A stretch of DNA of 64,000 nt from Candidatus Aminicenantales bacterium (GCA_049515535.1 JBEKTZ010000006.1:124001-188000), one strand, 5' to 3'; numbered from the stretch's first letter, positions 9,591-19,628 are shown. A program made the numbers and translations. Notes: generated by a model from the letters alone, not told the origin.

Positions 9591-10976
9591 ATGCGAGCGG
9601 CGTTGATCGAGCGGACATTTAAAATCCAAGAAAGAGGGACGAGCGTCAGAACCGAAATTCTCGGCGGCGCGACGACGTTCATAACGATGGCCTACATCAT
9701 CGTCGTCAATCCCGCGATCCTGAGTTTTGCCGGTATTCCCCAAGGGCCGAGCACGGTCGCGACCATCCTGGCCGCGGCATTCGGCTCGCTGGCCATGGGT
9801 CTCTATGCCAATCGGCCCATCGCCGTGGCCCCCTACATGGGGGAGAACGCCTTCATCGCCTTCGGCCTGGCGGCCATGGGCATCGGCTGGCAGCTGCGCT
9901 TGGGAGCCGTGTTCATCAGCGGCCTGGTCTTCGCCCTCATCACTCTTCTGCGGATCCGGACGTGGCTGGCGAATTCGATCTCCGTCAGCTTGAAACACAG
10001 CTTTGCCGTCGGCATCGGCTTGTTCCTGGCGTTCATCGGCCTGTATGAGACCGGGATCGTCACCAGCTCGGTCGCCGGGATGTCGCCTCAAACACTCCTG
10101 CGGGGAGGCGCTTCCCTGCTTTCGGCCCCCGATGTGCCCGTGAAAATCGGAAATCTCCGCAGCCCGCAGGTCCTTCTCGCGCTGTTCGGATTCGTTTTCA
10201 TCTGCGTTTTATTGTATCGGAAGGTCCGGGGAGGGATCTTGCTCGGCATAGCCGTCACGGCCGCGTTCGGGGTCGCCCTCGGCCTGGGACAAGCCCCGAA
10301 AGCCGTCGCGGCCATTCCGTTCATTGGAGAATACAACCTCGGTGCGATCGCCCTGAAGCTGGATATCGCCGGAGCGTTGCGCCTGAGCTTCCTCCCGATT
10401 TTACTCACGCTTTTCCTCATGGGCTTTTTGGACACGCTGGGCACCCTCGTCGGCGTCGGCGCCGCGGGCCATATGCTCGATGAAAAAGGAAATTTCCCGG
10501 ATATCGAACGCCCGATGATGGTCGATGCCGCCGCCTGCGTGTTTAGCGCCCTGGTCGGCACGTCGACCAGCGGCGCTTATATCGAATCGGCCACAGGGAT
10601 CAGGGAAGGGGCGCGGACCGGCCTGGCCGCGGTCACCACGGCCGCGCTGTTCGGTGTCTCCTTGTTTTTCATCCCGCTCGTCGAGCCTTTGCAGAATTTG
10701 CGCTACGCTTACGGCCCCGCCCTCATCGCCGTCGGCGTGCTGATGATCGGTTCCATCAAGAACATCGATTTCCAGGACCTGACCGAGCTCATCCCGTCGT
10801 TCGTCACGATCGTGGTCATGATTTTCACTTACAATATCGCCAATGGGCTGACGGCCGGGCTCGTCCTTTATCCCTTTTTCAAGCTCGTCACGGGGCGCGG
10901 CAAAGAGCTCAAATCCGGATCGATCGTCCTGGGCCTCCTCTGTCTTGTCTATTTCGTGTTTGGATTGCCGCATTGA
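9591..10976 (+). CDS. NCS2/AzgA family nucleobase (purine) permease
   Basis: TEILGGATTFITMAYIIVVNP, APYMGENAF, YIESATG, GARTGL motifs. Confidence 0.92.
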   Translation: MRAALIERTFKIQERGTSVRTEILGGATTFITMAYIIVVNPAILSFAGIPQGPSTVATILAAAFGSLAMGLYANRPIAVAPYMGENAFIAFGLAAMGIGWQLRLGAVFISGLVFALITLLRIRTWLANSISVSLKHSFAVGIGLFLAFIGLYETGIVTSSVAGMSPQTLLRGGASLLSAPDVPVKIGNLRSPQVLLALFGFVFICVLLYRKVRGGILLGIAVTAAFGVALGLGQAPKAVAAIPFIGEYNLGAIALKLDIAGALRLSFLPILLTLFLMGFLDTLGTLVGVGAAGHMLDEKGNFPDIERPMMVDAAACVFSALVGTSTSGAYIESATGIREGARTGLAAVTTAALFGVSLFFIPLVEPLQNLRYAYGPALIAVGVLMIGSIKNIDFQDLTELIPSFVTIVVMIFTYNIANGLTAGLVLYPFFKLVTGRGKELKSGSIVLGLLCLVYFVFGLPH

Positions 10977-12259
10977 TCTCATCGGCCGCGATCGCTTCCC
11001 TTTCGGCTTCCGTGCCGCAGCTCCTGGAGCGCCATGTCGCCCTTTGGCGGACGTGCGAAAACGACAGGCCGCATTTAGGAAGGACTTTTACGGCCGCGGA
11101 ACAATCCGTCCGGGGAAAAGCCCTGAAGCGATTCGTCGACGAGCTGAGGGCTGAAACGAAACGTTCCCGACGGCGGTCCGCCGATCGTGACGCCGCCCAG
11201 AAGCGGATCATGTCCGCGTTTGAGATTTTCGCGCGGAGGGCCCTGGATTGGGAGGATCGGCATATCCGCGTCCTCATCGGCGGCGGCTTCGAGCGCTCCG
11301 CGGCGGAGTTCTTCCGGATGGCCAAGCAGTTCGATCCCGGCATGAACGCCGAAGACATTTTTCAGGCCCTCCGCAACGTCTGGGTCATGAACGGGCTCCA
11401 GAGCCTGCTCGGAATTCAGGTCCATCTGACGCCGGCGATCTTCGCCTACAGCATGCTCTATCCTTACACGGACAACTATCTCGACGATGCGGCGACGACC
11501 GAGGCGACGAAGATGGATTTCAATGAACGGTTCCGGCGACGGCTGGAGGGTCAAGAGATCGCCGGCGCGAACCAGCGGGAAAACGCGATTTTCGACCTCG
11601 TGGCTATGATCGAAAAGGAATATGAACGGGCGCTCCATCCCCAGGTCTTCGAAAGCCTGTTGGCGATTCATCGGGCGCAAGTGAGAAGTTTGCGTCTTCT
11701 CCGCGGAAGCGGAGCGCCGTCTGAAACAGAAGCGCTGGAGATCTGCCTTGAAAAGGGAGGCACATCGGTTCTCGCCGACGGCTGCCTGGTCGCCGGTTCT
11801 CTTGCTCCGGACCAGATCGAATTCACGTTTGGATTGGGGGCGTTCCTGCAGCTGCTGGACGATCAAGAAGATGTTCCGTCCGATAGCGAAGCCGGATTGC
11901 TGACGTTCTATTCTCTGGCGGCCGGCCGGAGTCCCCTGGACGCTCTTACGAATCACACGCTCTGCTTCGGGGCCCGGGTCTATGAGCGCCTGGACGCTTT
12001 CGGAGCGCCCGGACCGGGGCCGCTCAAAGAGCTGCTCCGGTCCGTCACGATGCAGACTCCCATAATCTCCGCGGGCCGCTCCGGACGGTTTTACGGTCGA
12101 TCTTATCTCGGAAGCCTCGAGGCGCACTCGCCTTTTCGCTTTTCGTTCAGCAACAAACAGCGCCGCAAGCTCTTTCGGCGGAGAAGCGCGTTCATGCGGT
12201 TGTTCGACGGGTGGTTCAGTTCGGAGAAAGACCGGGCTTCGATCCGGGACATTCGATAG
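10973..12259 (+). CDS. Uncharacterised class I isoprenoid-synthase/terpene-synthase-fold protein
   Basis: Asp-rich motifs YPYTDNYLDD and LQLLDDQEDVPSD, plus KGGTSVLAD; start codon uncertain (TTG overlapping the upstream stop). Confidence 0.6.
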   Translation: MISSAAIASLSASVPQLLERHVALWRTCENDRPHLGRTFTAAEQSVRGKALKRFVDELRAETKRSRRRSADRDAAQKRIMSAFEIFARRALDWEDRHIRVLIGGGFERSAAEFFRMAKQFDPGMNAEDIFQALRNVWVMNGLQSLLGIQVHLTPAIFAYSMLYPYTDNYLDDAATTEATKMDFNERFRRRLEGQEIAGANQRENAIFDLVAMIEKEYERALHPQVFESLLAIHRAQVRSLRLLRGSGAPSETEALEICLEKGGTSVLADGCLVAGSLAPDQIEFTFGLGAFLQLLDDQEDVPSDSEAGLLTFYSLAAGRSPLDALTNHTLCFGARVYERLDAFGAPGPGPLKELLRSVTMQTPIISAGRSGRFYGRSYLGSLEAHSPFRFSFSNKQRRKLFRRRSAFMRLFDGWFSSEKDRASIRDIR

Positions 12260-12277
12260 GCGCGCGAGCTCGAATCT

Positions 12278-13963
12278 TTATATTTCTTGGATGAGCTTTC
12301 GTAAACGCTCGAGGCCTGCCGCCCCATCGTTTCCGAGGTCGATCCGCAGCACTCTTCGCTCTTTTTTTCGAAGGGCCAGGTCATCGCCCAGCGCTTGGGC
12401 TTTGATCAGCGCTCCGAAGGAATAATCCGTTTCCGGGAACGCCAGATCTTCGGCCGGCTCGTCGACGATCTGCAGGACGAGGACTTCGTTTGGCCCTCCT
12501 TTGTGCAGTTGTCCCGTGGAATGAAGAAACCGGGGCCCGTAACCGAACGTCGTAGCTAGGTTCGTCCGCTCGAGCAGATTGCGCCTGAGGGCTCGAAGCG
12601 ACGCGGATAATTCCCCGCCCGGAGAGAGATAAGCCTGAATGGCGAAATAGTCGCCCGGCCGCGCCGACGACAGCCAATTTTTCAACGCCGGCCGCAGGCT
12701 TCCGTCGTCATGGGCAAGAATGGTATCCTCGGCGCCCGCGGTTTTTGGGCCCGCCGCTTTCCCTTGTTTCATGACGTTCCTTGCCAGCTCTTTGGCCAGC
12801 TCGACGTCAGGCTGGTTGAACGGATGGATTCCGAGCGCGGCGCCGGCCGCGGCGGCTGCGATCTCCCAGCGGAAGATTTCCTGGCCGAGCGAATAGATGC
12901 CGTTCAAATCGATGCGGATCACGGCGTGCCCCAGGTTTTCCAACGCGCTCAAACGATCCTCGAGTTCCCGGTCATGATCCTCTTCGAGCCGGAGGCCGAC
13001 GAAGAGGCGATCCTTGCCGTATCCGCTGGGAGGAACGGGCGGCTCGTCAGTGACAGGGACGATGCCCCGGCCGTCCTTGCCCAAGCTTTCGGCGATGAGC
13101 TGTTCGAGCCAGTCCGGGAAAGCGCGCAGAGACGGGGACGTCAGAATGGTCAGTTTATTCCGGCTTTTGGCCGCTTCGCCCAGGGCCGCCCCCAGAATGA
13201 ATCCGGAGGCACAGTCTTCCTTTACGGAAAGCGCGTTGGCCCGGGCCGAGACACGAGCCTGATCGAGCAATAGGCGGACGTCCATGCCGATCAAAGCGGC
13301 CGGGACGAGACCAAAATCCGTAAGGGCCGAGTACCTTCCCCCGACATCGAGGGGGGCCTCGAAGAGGCGGCGGAAGGTTTTTTCTTTTGCCAGCGCGGCC
13401 AGGGGAGTGCCGGGATCGGTAATGGCGACAAAACGGCGGCCGGGCGTGTTCGTCAGCCCGCCGATCTTGTTCCAGAAATAGCGGAAGAAGGACAGCGTTT
13501 CAATGGTCGTTCCCGATTTGCTCGAGACGATGAAGAGTGCGTGGGAGATATCGATGTCGCGCTCGACCGATAGAACCGCGGCCGGATGCGTGCTGTCCAG
13601 GATGCGCAGCGCCGGAAAGCCCGGAGCGTTGCCAAAAGCCTTTTGATAGAATTCGGGGGCCAGGCTCGAGCCGCCCATGCCCAGGAGGACGGCATGGGTG
13701 AAACCTTCGGCTTTCACTTCGCCGGCAAAAGACGTCAGCGGCTCGATCTTCCGGCGCATAAGATCCGGCAGATCCAGCCAGCCCATTCGATTCGAGATAT
13801 CCGCTGTCGGCCGATTCGACCAGAGAGATGTATCCTTGGACCAGAGCCGCCGGGAGAAATTCATCTTTTTCCAGGAGGCCAGGCGCGCGTCCGCAAGCGC
13901 TTGGATTTCGCCGAGGTTGCAATTCTGGCCGACTCGCTCAGGTGATTCGGTCATTGGAGGCAT
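12278..13963 (-). CDS. pgi: Glucose-6-phosphate isomerase (stand-alone PGI half of the Tal-Pgi type)
   Basis: LLGMGGSSL, SSKSGTTIET, VGGRYSAL, EQLIAESLGK, PFNQPDVELAK, FLHSTGQLHKGGP. Confidence 0.88.
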   Translation of the reverse strand: MPPMTESPERVGQNCNLGEIQALADARLASWKKMNFSRRLWSKDTSLWSNRPTADISNRMGWLDLPDLMRRKIEPLTSFAGEVKAEGFTHAVLLGMGGSSLAPEFYQKAFGNAPGFPALRILDSTHPAAVLSVERDIDISHALFIVSSKSGTTIETLSFFRYFWNKIGGLTNTPGRRFVAITDPGTPLAALAKEKTFRRLFEAPLDVGGRYSALTDFGLVPAALIGMDVRLLLDQARVSARANALSVKEDCASGFILGAALGEAAKSRNKLTILTSPSLRAFPDWLEQLIAESLGKDGRGIVPVTDEPPVPPSGYGKDRLFVGLRLEEDHDRELEDRLSALENLGHAVIRIDLNGIYSLGQEIFRWEIAAAAAGAALGIHPFNQPDVELAKELARNVMKQGKAAGPKTAGAEDTILAHDDGSLRPALKNWLSSARPGDYFAIQAYLSPGGELSASLRALRRNLLERTNLATTFGYGPRFLHSTGQLHKGGPNEVLVLQIVDEPAEDLAFPETDYSFGALIKAQALGDDLALRKKERRVLRIDLGNDGAAGLERLRKLIQEI

Positions 13964-14037
13964 CGGTTTCCATCCTTCCCGAAATGGATTTTAACATAAA
14001 AATCGAAAAATCCTTCAGGTTCGGATTTCGCTCCTGA

Positions 14038-14805
14038 TCACTTGATCAATCGTCTTTTCATCAGCGTGACGCCGACGTAAAAAGCGATCATTTCCAGGAC
14101 GATAATGACGAGAAAGTCGTAGATCAGCGCGGAGGAATAGGCGCCCGAGAAGACCGCGCGCGAGATCGAGACGGCGGGCGTCAGCGGAAGGAATTTGGAG
14201 AAGGTCTTCATCCAGGCGGGGAAATTGTCGAGGGGAAAGAAGACCCCCGAGAAGAACAGCATCGGCGTCAGGATGAGCTCCGTATAGTAGTTGAAGAAAT
14301 CGAAGTTCGGGGCGAGCGACGTCACGATCATGGCCAGCGAACCGAACAGGACGCCGACGAAGATCATGCAGACGAAGAGAAGTAAAACGGCCCATAACGA
14401 GACAGGGAAAACCCCCATGGCCATGGCCACGACCATCATGAGGGTCCCGCTGACGAGACCCCGGAATACGCCCCAGGCGATATCGCCGGCGACGGCATCC
14501 TCGGCCGAGACCGGGGTCGCGATCAGGGAATCGTAGAGCCTTTCATGGACCATCTTGATGAACGTGCCGAACAAGCATTCATACGAAGCGGACAGGCTGA
14601 CGGCCGACATCAGGACGCCGGGGACGAGAAAATAGAGATAGGGCTTTCCGCCGAAGAGCCCGACATAGGCGCCCATGCCGATGCCGAAGGTGATGAGATA
14701 GAAAAGCGGCTGGACGAGGCTGGCGATGAACGTCGGCACGACGAACCTCTTGTAGGAGAGGAGGTTCCGGAAAAAGACGTGATAGATGCGGTACGACAAT
14801 TTCAT
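14038..14805 (-). CDS. ABC-2 permease (NodJ-like)
   Basis: Multi-TM ABC-2 pattern, FFSGVFFPL, LPLTPAV. Confidence 0.88.
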   Translation of the reverse strand: MKLSYRIYHVFFRNLLSYKRFVVPTFIASLVQPLFYLITFGIGMGAYVGLFGGKPYLYFLVPGVLMSAVSLSASYECLFGTFIKMVHERLYDSLIATPVSAEDAVAGDIAWGVFRGLVSGTLMMVVAMAMGVFPVSLWAVLLLFVCMIFVGVLFGSLAMIVTSLAPNFDFFNYYTELILTPMLFFSGVFFPLDNFPAWMKTFSKFLPLTPAVSISRAVFSGAYSSALIYDFLVIIVLEMIAFYVGVTLMKRRLIK

Positions 14806-15725
14806 TCGATCAAGCTCCGTCCCGTCAGTTTCAGAAAAACGTCCTCCAGTGTCGCCGGCCGGTAAACCGTGTTGGGAAGGTCGAGCTCGATCAGCTTCTT
14901 CTGCAGGTCGTGCCCGTCCCGGCAGTAAAAAAAGATCGTATCGCCCGCCCGTTCGTGCCCGCAGGAAAGACCGGCCAGCGCGGCGATCAGCTTCTCGTCC
15001 TCTTCCTGGGAGATCCGGATCTCGATGACGTCCCGGCCGATCTCATCCTCGATGAGGGGCCGCGGGGCGCCGGCTTTCAGGATCTTGCCTTGATGCATGA
15101 CCACGATCCGATCGCAGAGCTGCTGGGCCTCTTCCATATACTGGGTCGTCAGGATGAGCGTGACGCCCTGGGCCTTGAGCTGCCGGAGCCTCTGCCAGAT
15201 GAGGTGCCGGGCCTGGGGGTCGAGGCCGGTCGTTGGTTCGTCGGCGATGATGATGCTCGGATGATTGATCAAGGCCCGGGCGATGAGCAGCCGCCGCTTC
15301 ATGCCTGTGGAGAGCTGGTCGATCTTGCTGTCCCGTTTGGCCTCGAGCTCGACGAACTTCACGAGCTCCTCGATTCGCTTTTTCGCTTCGCGGCGCGGGA
15401 TGTCGAAGAACCGGGCGAAGACCATGAGGTTCTCGCGGACGGTGAGATCATTGTCCAAGGTGATTTCCTGGGGAATGACACCCGTCATTTTTTTGATGGT
15501 CCGATTGTCGATATGAGCGGGCATGCCGGCGACGGTGAGCGTGCCGGCCGTGACGGGAGACACGCAGTGGATCATCCGGACGGTCGATGTCTTGCCCGCG
15601 CCGTTCGGTCCCAAAAAGCCGAAGCACTCGCCCTCCAGGATTTCGAACGAGATCCCGTCGACGGCCGTGAACTTGCCGAAGCGTTTGATCAGGTCCTTGG
15701 CGGTGACGATCGTATTCATGGTCAT
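14802..15725 (-). CDS. ABC transporter ATP-binding protein (NodI-like)
   Basis: GPNGAGKTS, LSTGMKRR, DEPTTGLDPQARH, LEDVFLKLTG. Confidence 0.92.
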   Translation of the reverse strand: MTMNTIVTAKDLIKRFGKFTAVDGISFEILEGECFGFLGPNGAGKTSTVRMIHCVSPVTAGTLTVAGMPAHIDNRTIKKMTGVIPQEITLDNDLTVRENLMVFARFFDIPRREAKKRIEELVKFVELEAKRDSKIDQLSTGMKRRLLIARALINHPSIIIADEPTTGLDPQARHLIWQRLRQLKAQGVTLILTTQYMEEAQQLCDRIVVMHQGKILKAGAPRPLIEDEIGRDVIEIRISQEEDEKLIAALAGLSCGHERAGDTIFFYCRDGHDLQKKLIELDLPNTVYRPATLEDVFLKLTGRSLIE

Positions 15726-15874
15726 AACTTAGACCGCCTATCATAGCAAACTTTTTGGCCGGGATAAAGGAGAGTCCTAAAAAAACCAGCGGAAACCCGC
15801 TCCGTTTTTCAAGTGGGGCGAAGAAATAGTTCATCGCCGGTATTGAGGCGAAGAGGCTGCGTCTCCCGACGTTC

Positions 15875-16867
15875 TCAGCGGGCGTAACGGGTTTCCATCA
15901 ATGTCCGCCAGTCCGTTTCGGTCGCGACGCCAATGAAGGCCCTTCGGACTTCGGCCGGACGGGGATGCATGCGCGCGTAATGAATGCCGAAATTGCGCAT
16001 GATCTTCAGGCCGCGCTTTGGGCCGTACGTGTCGCAGGCCAACTGATAGTGGCGGGAGATCAGTTCGCGCTGTTCGGCGAGGTCCGGCTCGAAGGGTTTC
16101 CGGCCGGCGGCGATGTCGCGCGCCTGTCGGAACAGCCAGGGATTGCCGAGGGCCCCCCGGGCCGCGAGGACGCCGTCCACGCCCGTCTGCTCGAGCATTC
16201 GCAGAGCGTCCAAAGCGGTGAGAACGTCCCCGGAGCCGATGATCGTCCAGCCGGGAAATTCGAGCTTCACTTTCGACAAAAATTTCCAGTCGGCCTGGCC
16301 CCTGTATTTCTGCTCGACGCTGCGGGCGTGGACGCTGATCCCGGCGGCGCCGGCCTCGAAGGCCCCCCGGGCGATCGCCCAGAAGGCTTCATTCGTCTTG
16401 TCCGTCTCTCGAAAAGAGCGGCGGAGTTTGAGCGTCACGGGCCGGTCGGGAACGGCATCCAGGACGGCGCGCACGATTTCCAGCGCGAGGCCGGGCCGGT
16501 CCATCAAGTAACCGCCGCGCTTTCGGGCCAGGACTTTTTTGACCGGGCAGGCGAAATTCAGATCGATGACGTCGAATCCCATGTCGCGCAGGACGCCGGC
16601 CGCCCGAGCCATGATCGCCGGATCGCTGCCGATGATCTGTCCCGCTACGGGATGATCGGCGTCGTCGATCTTGACGAGCTTGGCGCGGAGCTTGCCCTCG
16701 ACGAGCATCTGCCGGTCCAACATGGCTTCGGTCGCGGCATAGGACGCGGAGCAGGAGCGGCAGATCAGGCGATAGGGCAGATCGCTGTAGGAAGCCAGCG
16801 AGGCGAGGACGACCGGGAAATCGATCAACATCCTGCCGATGCGGAGCGGCTTGAGAACGAAACCCAT
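15875..16867 (-). CDS. dusB: tRNA-dihydrouridine synthase
   Basis: IDLNFACP, GGYLM, PVTLKLR, SVHAR, GSGDV, ARGALGNPW; start reassigned to ATG 16867 (6 nt after TATAAT). Confidence 0.88.
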   Translation of the reverse strand: MGFVLKPLRIGRMLIDFPVVLASLASYSDLPYRLICRSCSASYAATEAMLDRQMLVEGKLRAKLVKIDDADHPVAGQIIGSDPAIMARAAGVLRDMGFDVIDLNFACPVKKVLARKRGGYLMDRPGLALEIVRAVLDAVPDRPVTLKLRRSFRETDKTNEAFWAIARGAFEAGAAGISVHARSVEQKYRGQADWKFLSKVKLEFPGWTIIGSGDVLTALDALRMLEQTGVDGVLAARGALGNPWLFRQARDIAAGRKPFEPDLAEQRELISRHYQLACDTYGPKRGLKIMRNFGIHYARMHPRPAEVRRAFIGVATETDWRTLMETRYAR

Positions 16868-17030
16868 GACGTCATTATACAGGAATTGCATTTTTTCCGG
16901 CCAACCGGTAAGATGACCAAAGTGATTCCGCCCGCGGACGAGCGTGTCGATTCCGCGCCTGGGATTTTGCGGCCTTGAGAACATGAGCTTCAGGAATTCG
17001 GCGTTCAGCGAAAGCCGCGCTCTCTCCCGA

Positions 17031-19202
17031 ATGAGTTCTTTCCTGGCTCCGGCACGGAAAAAAACGGTCTTCATCGCGGCGCTTTTCATCGGATTTCTGC
17101 TCCTCATTCTCGCGGCGAATGCGATTACGTCCTTGCATGGTCTCCGGGGCCGGACCTACGACAATGATTCCTGGGAAGGATCGCCGGTTTCGACGGCGAC
17201 CGACTCCGTCATCCAATTCGAGAAAAAGGGGGATGCCGATGGCGCGGGAAATCCCGACAGGTTCAGCATCGTCTGGGAAGGCGATCTCTACGCCCCCAAG
17301 AACTCCTCGTATCTTTTTTCGATCATTTCGGATGACGGTTCCTGGGTCTTTCTCGATGACGCCCTTCTGATCGAAAACGGAGGGATCCATCCGGCGCGTC
17401 TCGTGGAAAAGGAAATTCCGCTGTCCAAGGGAAATCATCATATCCTCATCAAATACTTTAACGCCGGCGGCCCGGCGGAAGTGGATTTTCGCTGGAAGGA
17501 AACGAAAACGCCGAAACGGCTGATGCCGAAACTCCATCTTTATTCCAAGCCGGTGAGCTTCGCCGTTTTTGCCGTTGACTCCACCCTGCCTTATCTCATG
17601 CGTTTGTTCCATGCCGCACTTTACATCCTGGGGGTCATTCTCTTGTTCTGGGCGGCCAGGGCCGTCTTTCCCCGGTGGGAGCTCCTGTCCGTCTTTTGTC
17701 TCTGCCTTTTTCTCCTCCTGGCGGGCTATTTCGGCTTCGAGGTCTTGGCCAAACGGTCCACGGCCGTCACCGGATGTGACAGTTATGCCTACCTGCAAGG
17801 AGCGGAGCTCATGGCTCGCCACGGCTTTTTTCACACGGAATTCGTCGATCCTCTCATCCCCGAGATCTATCGCGCCTATGCGACGAAGCCCCCCGAGCAA
17901 AAAGCGATCTTTTTGCTGAGCCCGCACGGCTATTATGTCTATGACTTGGACAAGGGACTCGTCTATAACGTCTTTCCGCCGGGGATGTCGATTCTTCTCT
18001 ATCCCTTCGTCAAAATCGGCGGACGGTCAGCGGCATTCTTCGTTCTTCCGTTCCTCGCCCTGATGATGATCGTTTCCTTTTATTATTGGGGCTCAAAGCT
18101 GGCCGGCCCGGTTTTCGGCCTCTGCCTGAGCGCGGCGGCCGTCTTCAGCGGCAACGTCTTTGAGAACACCATCGTGATCATGAGCGATGTTCCCTCCATG
18201 GCCTTGATTTCCTTGAGCGCGTTCCTTCTCTACCGAAACATCAAATCTCCCCGCCGGATTCGGCCTTTTGTCGCCGGCGCCATGTTCGGGTTCTCGCTGA
18301 TCGTCAGATATTCCAACCTCATGGGGGCGATCCCGCTGGCTTTTCTCTTTTGGGCGGCGTGGAGATACGAGCGGCGCGGGAAGAAAATCATCGGCGAGAT
18401 TTCTCTTTTTTCGGCCGGCGCGATTCTCTTCGGAATCCTTCCCTTGGCCGTCTACACGGATCGTCTTTTTGGAACGGTCTTCCGGCTGGTTTATGAGCCG
18501 TTCAATCAGAGCCGGATGGCCTGGGCGAATATCGGGCCGGGGATCTCCTTTTACCTGAAGAGCTTGGTTCAATCGTTCGGAATTCCAGGGCTTGCGCTCA
18601 TGGCGATCGGTCTGGGGGCCTGTATGGCCCGGCGCCGAATCCAAGCGGCCGGCTTCTTTTGCGCCCTGGCCTTCTTGTCGTTCTTCGTTTTTTACGTTTT
18701 TCACGGCATCCGCGAGGCGCGCTATCTTCTTCCGGCCTATCCTTTCCTGGCCGCGTTCTACGCTTTCGGCGTCGCGGAGATCGCCCGAAAATTCGATAAA
18801 TCCCTCCTCGTCAAGGTTCTGATCGTCATGGTCTGCGCGAGCTACCCGCTCGTTCATTCAGCGGGAAGCTATCCCCTGGGCGCCGTCTCCCAGGAAGCCG
18901 TCTCATCGGACATCCAGAAAAAGGTCGAACCGCGGGCGGTTGTTTTTTGCGATGAATTGAGCGGTCCCCTCCGGCTTTACGCGGGCCTTCCCGCCTACCG
19001 GTTCATCTGGACCGATTCTCGAACGCTCCAAGAGACGCTGGCCTTCTTCGGTCTAAAAAAAATCGCCGTCTATTTTTTCTTGGACAGCTCTCCCGCCCGG
19101 GAGCGTTTTCGGGCTTTGACCGACCAGGACGTCATTCCGAAAGGAAGGCTGGATTTCGTTTCCAATATTCGCGGTTGGCCTTTATATCGGATCCGGCCTT
19201 AG
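17031..19202 (+). CDS. PA14-domain, GT-C/ArnT-like multi-pass membrane glycosyltransferase
   Basis: PA14 motif FSIVWEG...SDDGSWVFLD; DSYAY, FPPG, MSDVP, EARYLLP; many TMs; start uncertain (16983 or 17031). Confidence 0.72.
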   Translation: MSSFLAPARKKTVFIAALFIGFLLLILAANAITSLHGLRGRTYDNDSWEGSPVSTATDSVIQFEKKGDADGAGNPDRFSIVWEGDLYAPKNSSYLFSIISDDGSWVFLDDALLIENGGIHPARLVEKEIPLSKGNHHILIKYFNAGGPAEVDFRWKETKTPKRLMPKLHLYSKPVSFAVFAVDSTLPYLMRLFHAALYILGVILLFWAARAVFPRWELLSVFCLCLFLLLAGYFGFEVLAKRSTAVTGCDSYAYLQGAELMARHGFFHTEFVDPLIPEIYRAYATKPPEQKAIFLLSPHGYYVYDLDKGLVYNVFPPGMSILLYPFVKIGGRSAAFFVLPFLALMMIVSFYYWGSKLAGPVFGLCLSAAAVFSGNVFENTIVIMSDVPSMALISLSAFLLYRNIKSPRRIRPFVAGAMFGFSLIVRYSNLMGAIPLAFLFWAAWRYERRGKKIIGEISLFSAGAILFGILPLAVYTDRLFGTVFRLVYEPFNQSRMAWANIGPGISFYLKSLVQSFGIPGLALMAIGLGACMARRRIQAAGFFCALAFLSFFVFYVFHGIREARYLLPAYPFLAAFYAFGVAEIARKFDKSLLVKVLIVMVCASYPLVHSAGSYPLGAVSQEAVSSDIQKKVEPRAVVFCDELSGPLRLYAGLPAYRFIWTDSRTLQETLAFFGLKKIAVYFFLDSSPARERFRALTDQDVIPKGRLDFVSNIRGWPLYRIRP

Positions 19203-19221
19203 CCGGATCGAAAGCTATGGG

Positions 19222-19386
19222 TCAGGGCCGGCCGCCGGCCGGCGGCCTGGGATTCCGGCGCCGAAAAAGCCGCCTGAGGCGGTCCCGCAGCCGGAGTTTC
19301 CGTTCTCCATCTTCGATTTCCAATTTATGCAAGGTCTTGCGGACGGGCCCGTGGAAGTCGGTCTCGGAAGGCTTTTCGCGTTTCAT
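19222..19386 (-). CDS. Possible 54-aa basic small protein
   Basis: MKREKPSETDFHGPVRKTLHKLEIEDGERKLRLRDRLRRLFRRRNPRPPAGGRP*; fills the intergenic gap, below the ORF-track cutoff. Confidence 0.4.
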   Translation of the reverse strand: MKREKPSETDFHGPVRKTLHKLEIEDGERKLRLRDRLRRLFRRRNPRPPAGGRP

Positions 19387-19553
19387 GGACGGGTCGTTTC
19401 ATCTTAGTGAATCCGGCTGGAAAACTCAACTCGAAAACCCGAAATTGCCGATAAGATGCGACGCGGAATTTCTGGACAAGCACTCAATCTCTACATTGAG
19501 TGTCGTGTCCCAGGGAATTCCGCGTTGGAAACTGTACGACGGTCAGGGGCGAA

Positions 19554-19595
19554 AACGATTGAATTTCAACGCTCTTTATGTTATATTCAATCGTT
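19554..19595 (+). promoter_or_regulatory. Sigma70-type promoter of rpoZ framed by an 11-bp inverted repeat
   Basis: TTGAAT(19559)-17 bp-TATATT(19582) with TG extension; inverted repeat AACGATTGAAT/ATTCAATCGTT. Confidence 0.6.
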
Positions 19596-19628
19596 GTCAT
19601 TTAATCAAAAGCGAGGAGTAATCAACCT

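Noticed and set aside
19569..19579. boxA-like CGCTCTTTA upstream of rpoZ
   Set aside because: It lies in the -35/-10 spacer, so it would not be transcribed from that promoter, and it lacks the AACA tail.
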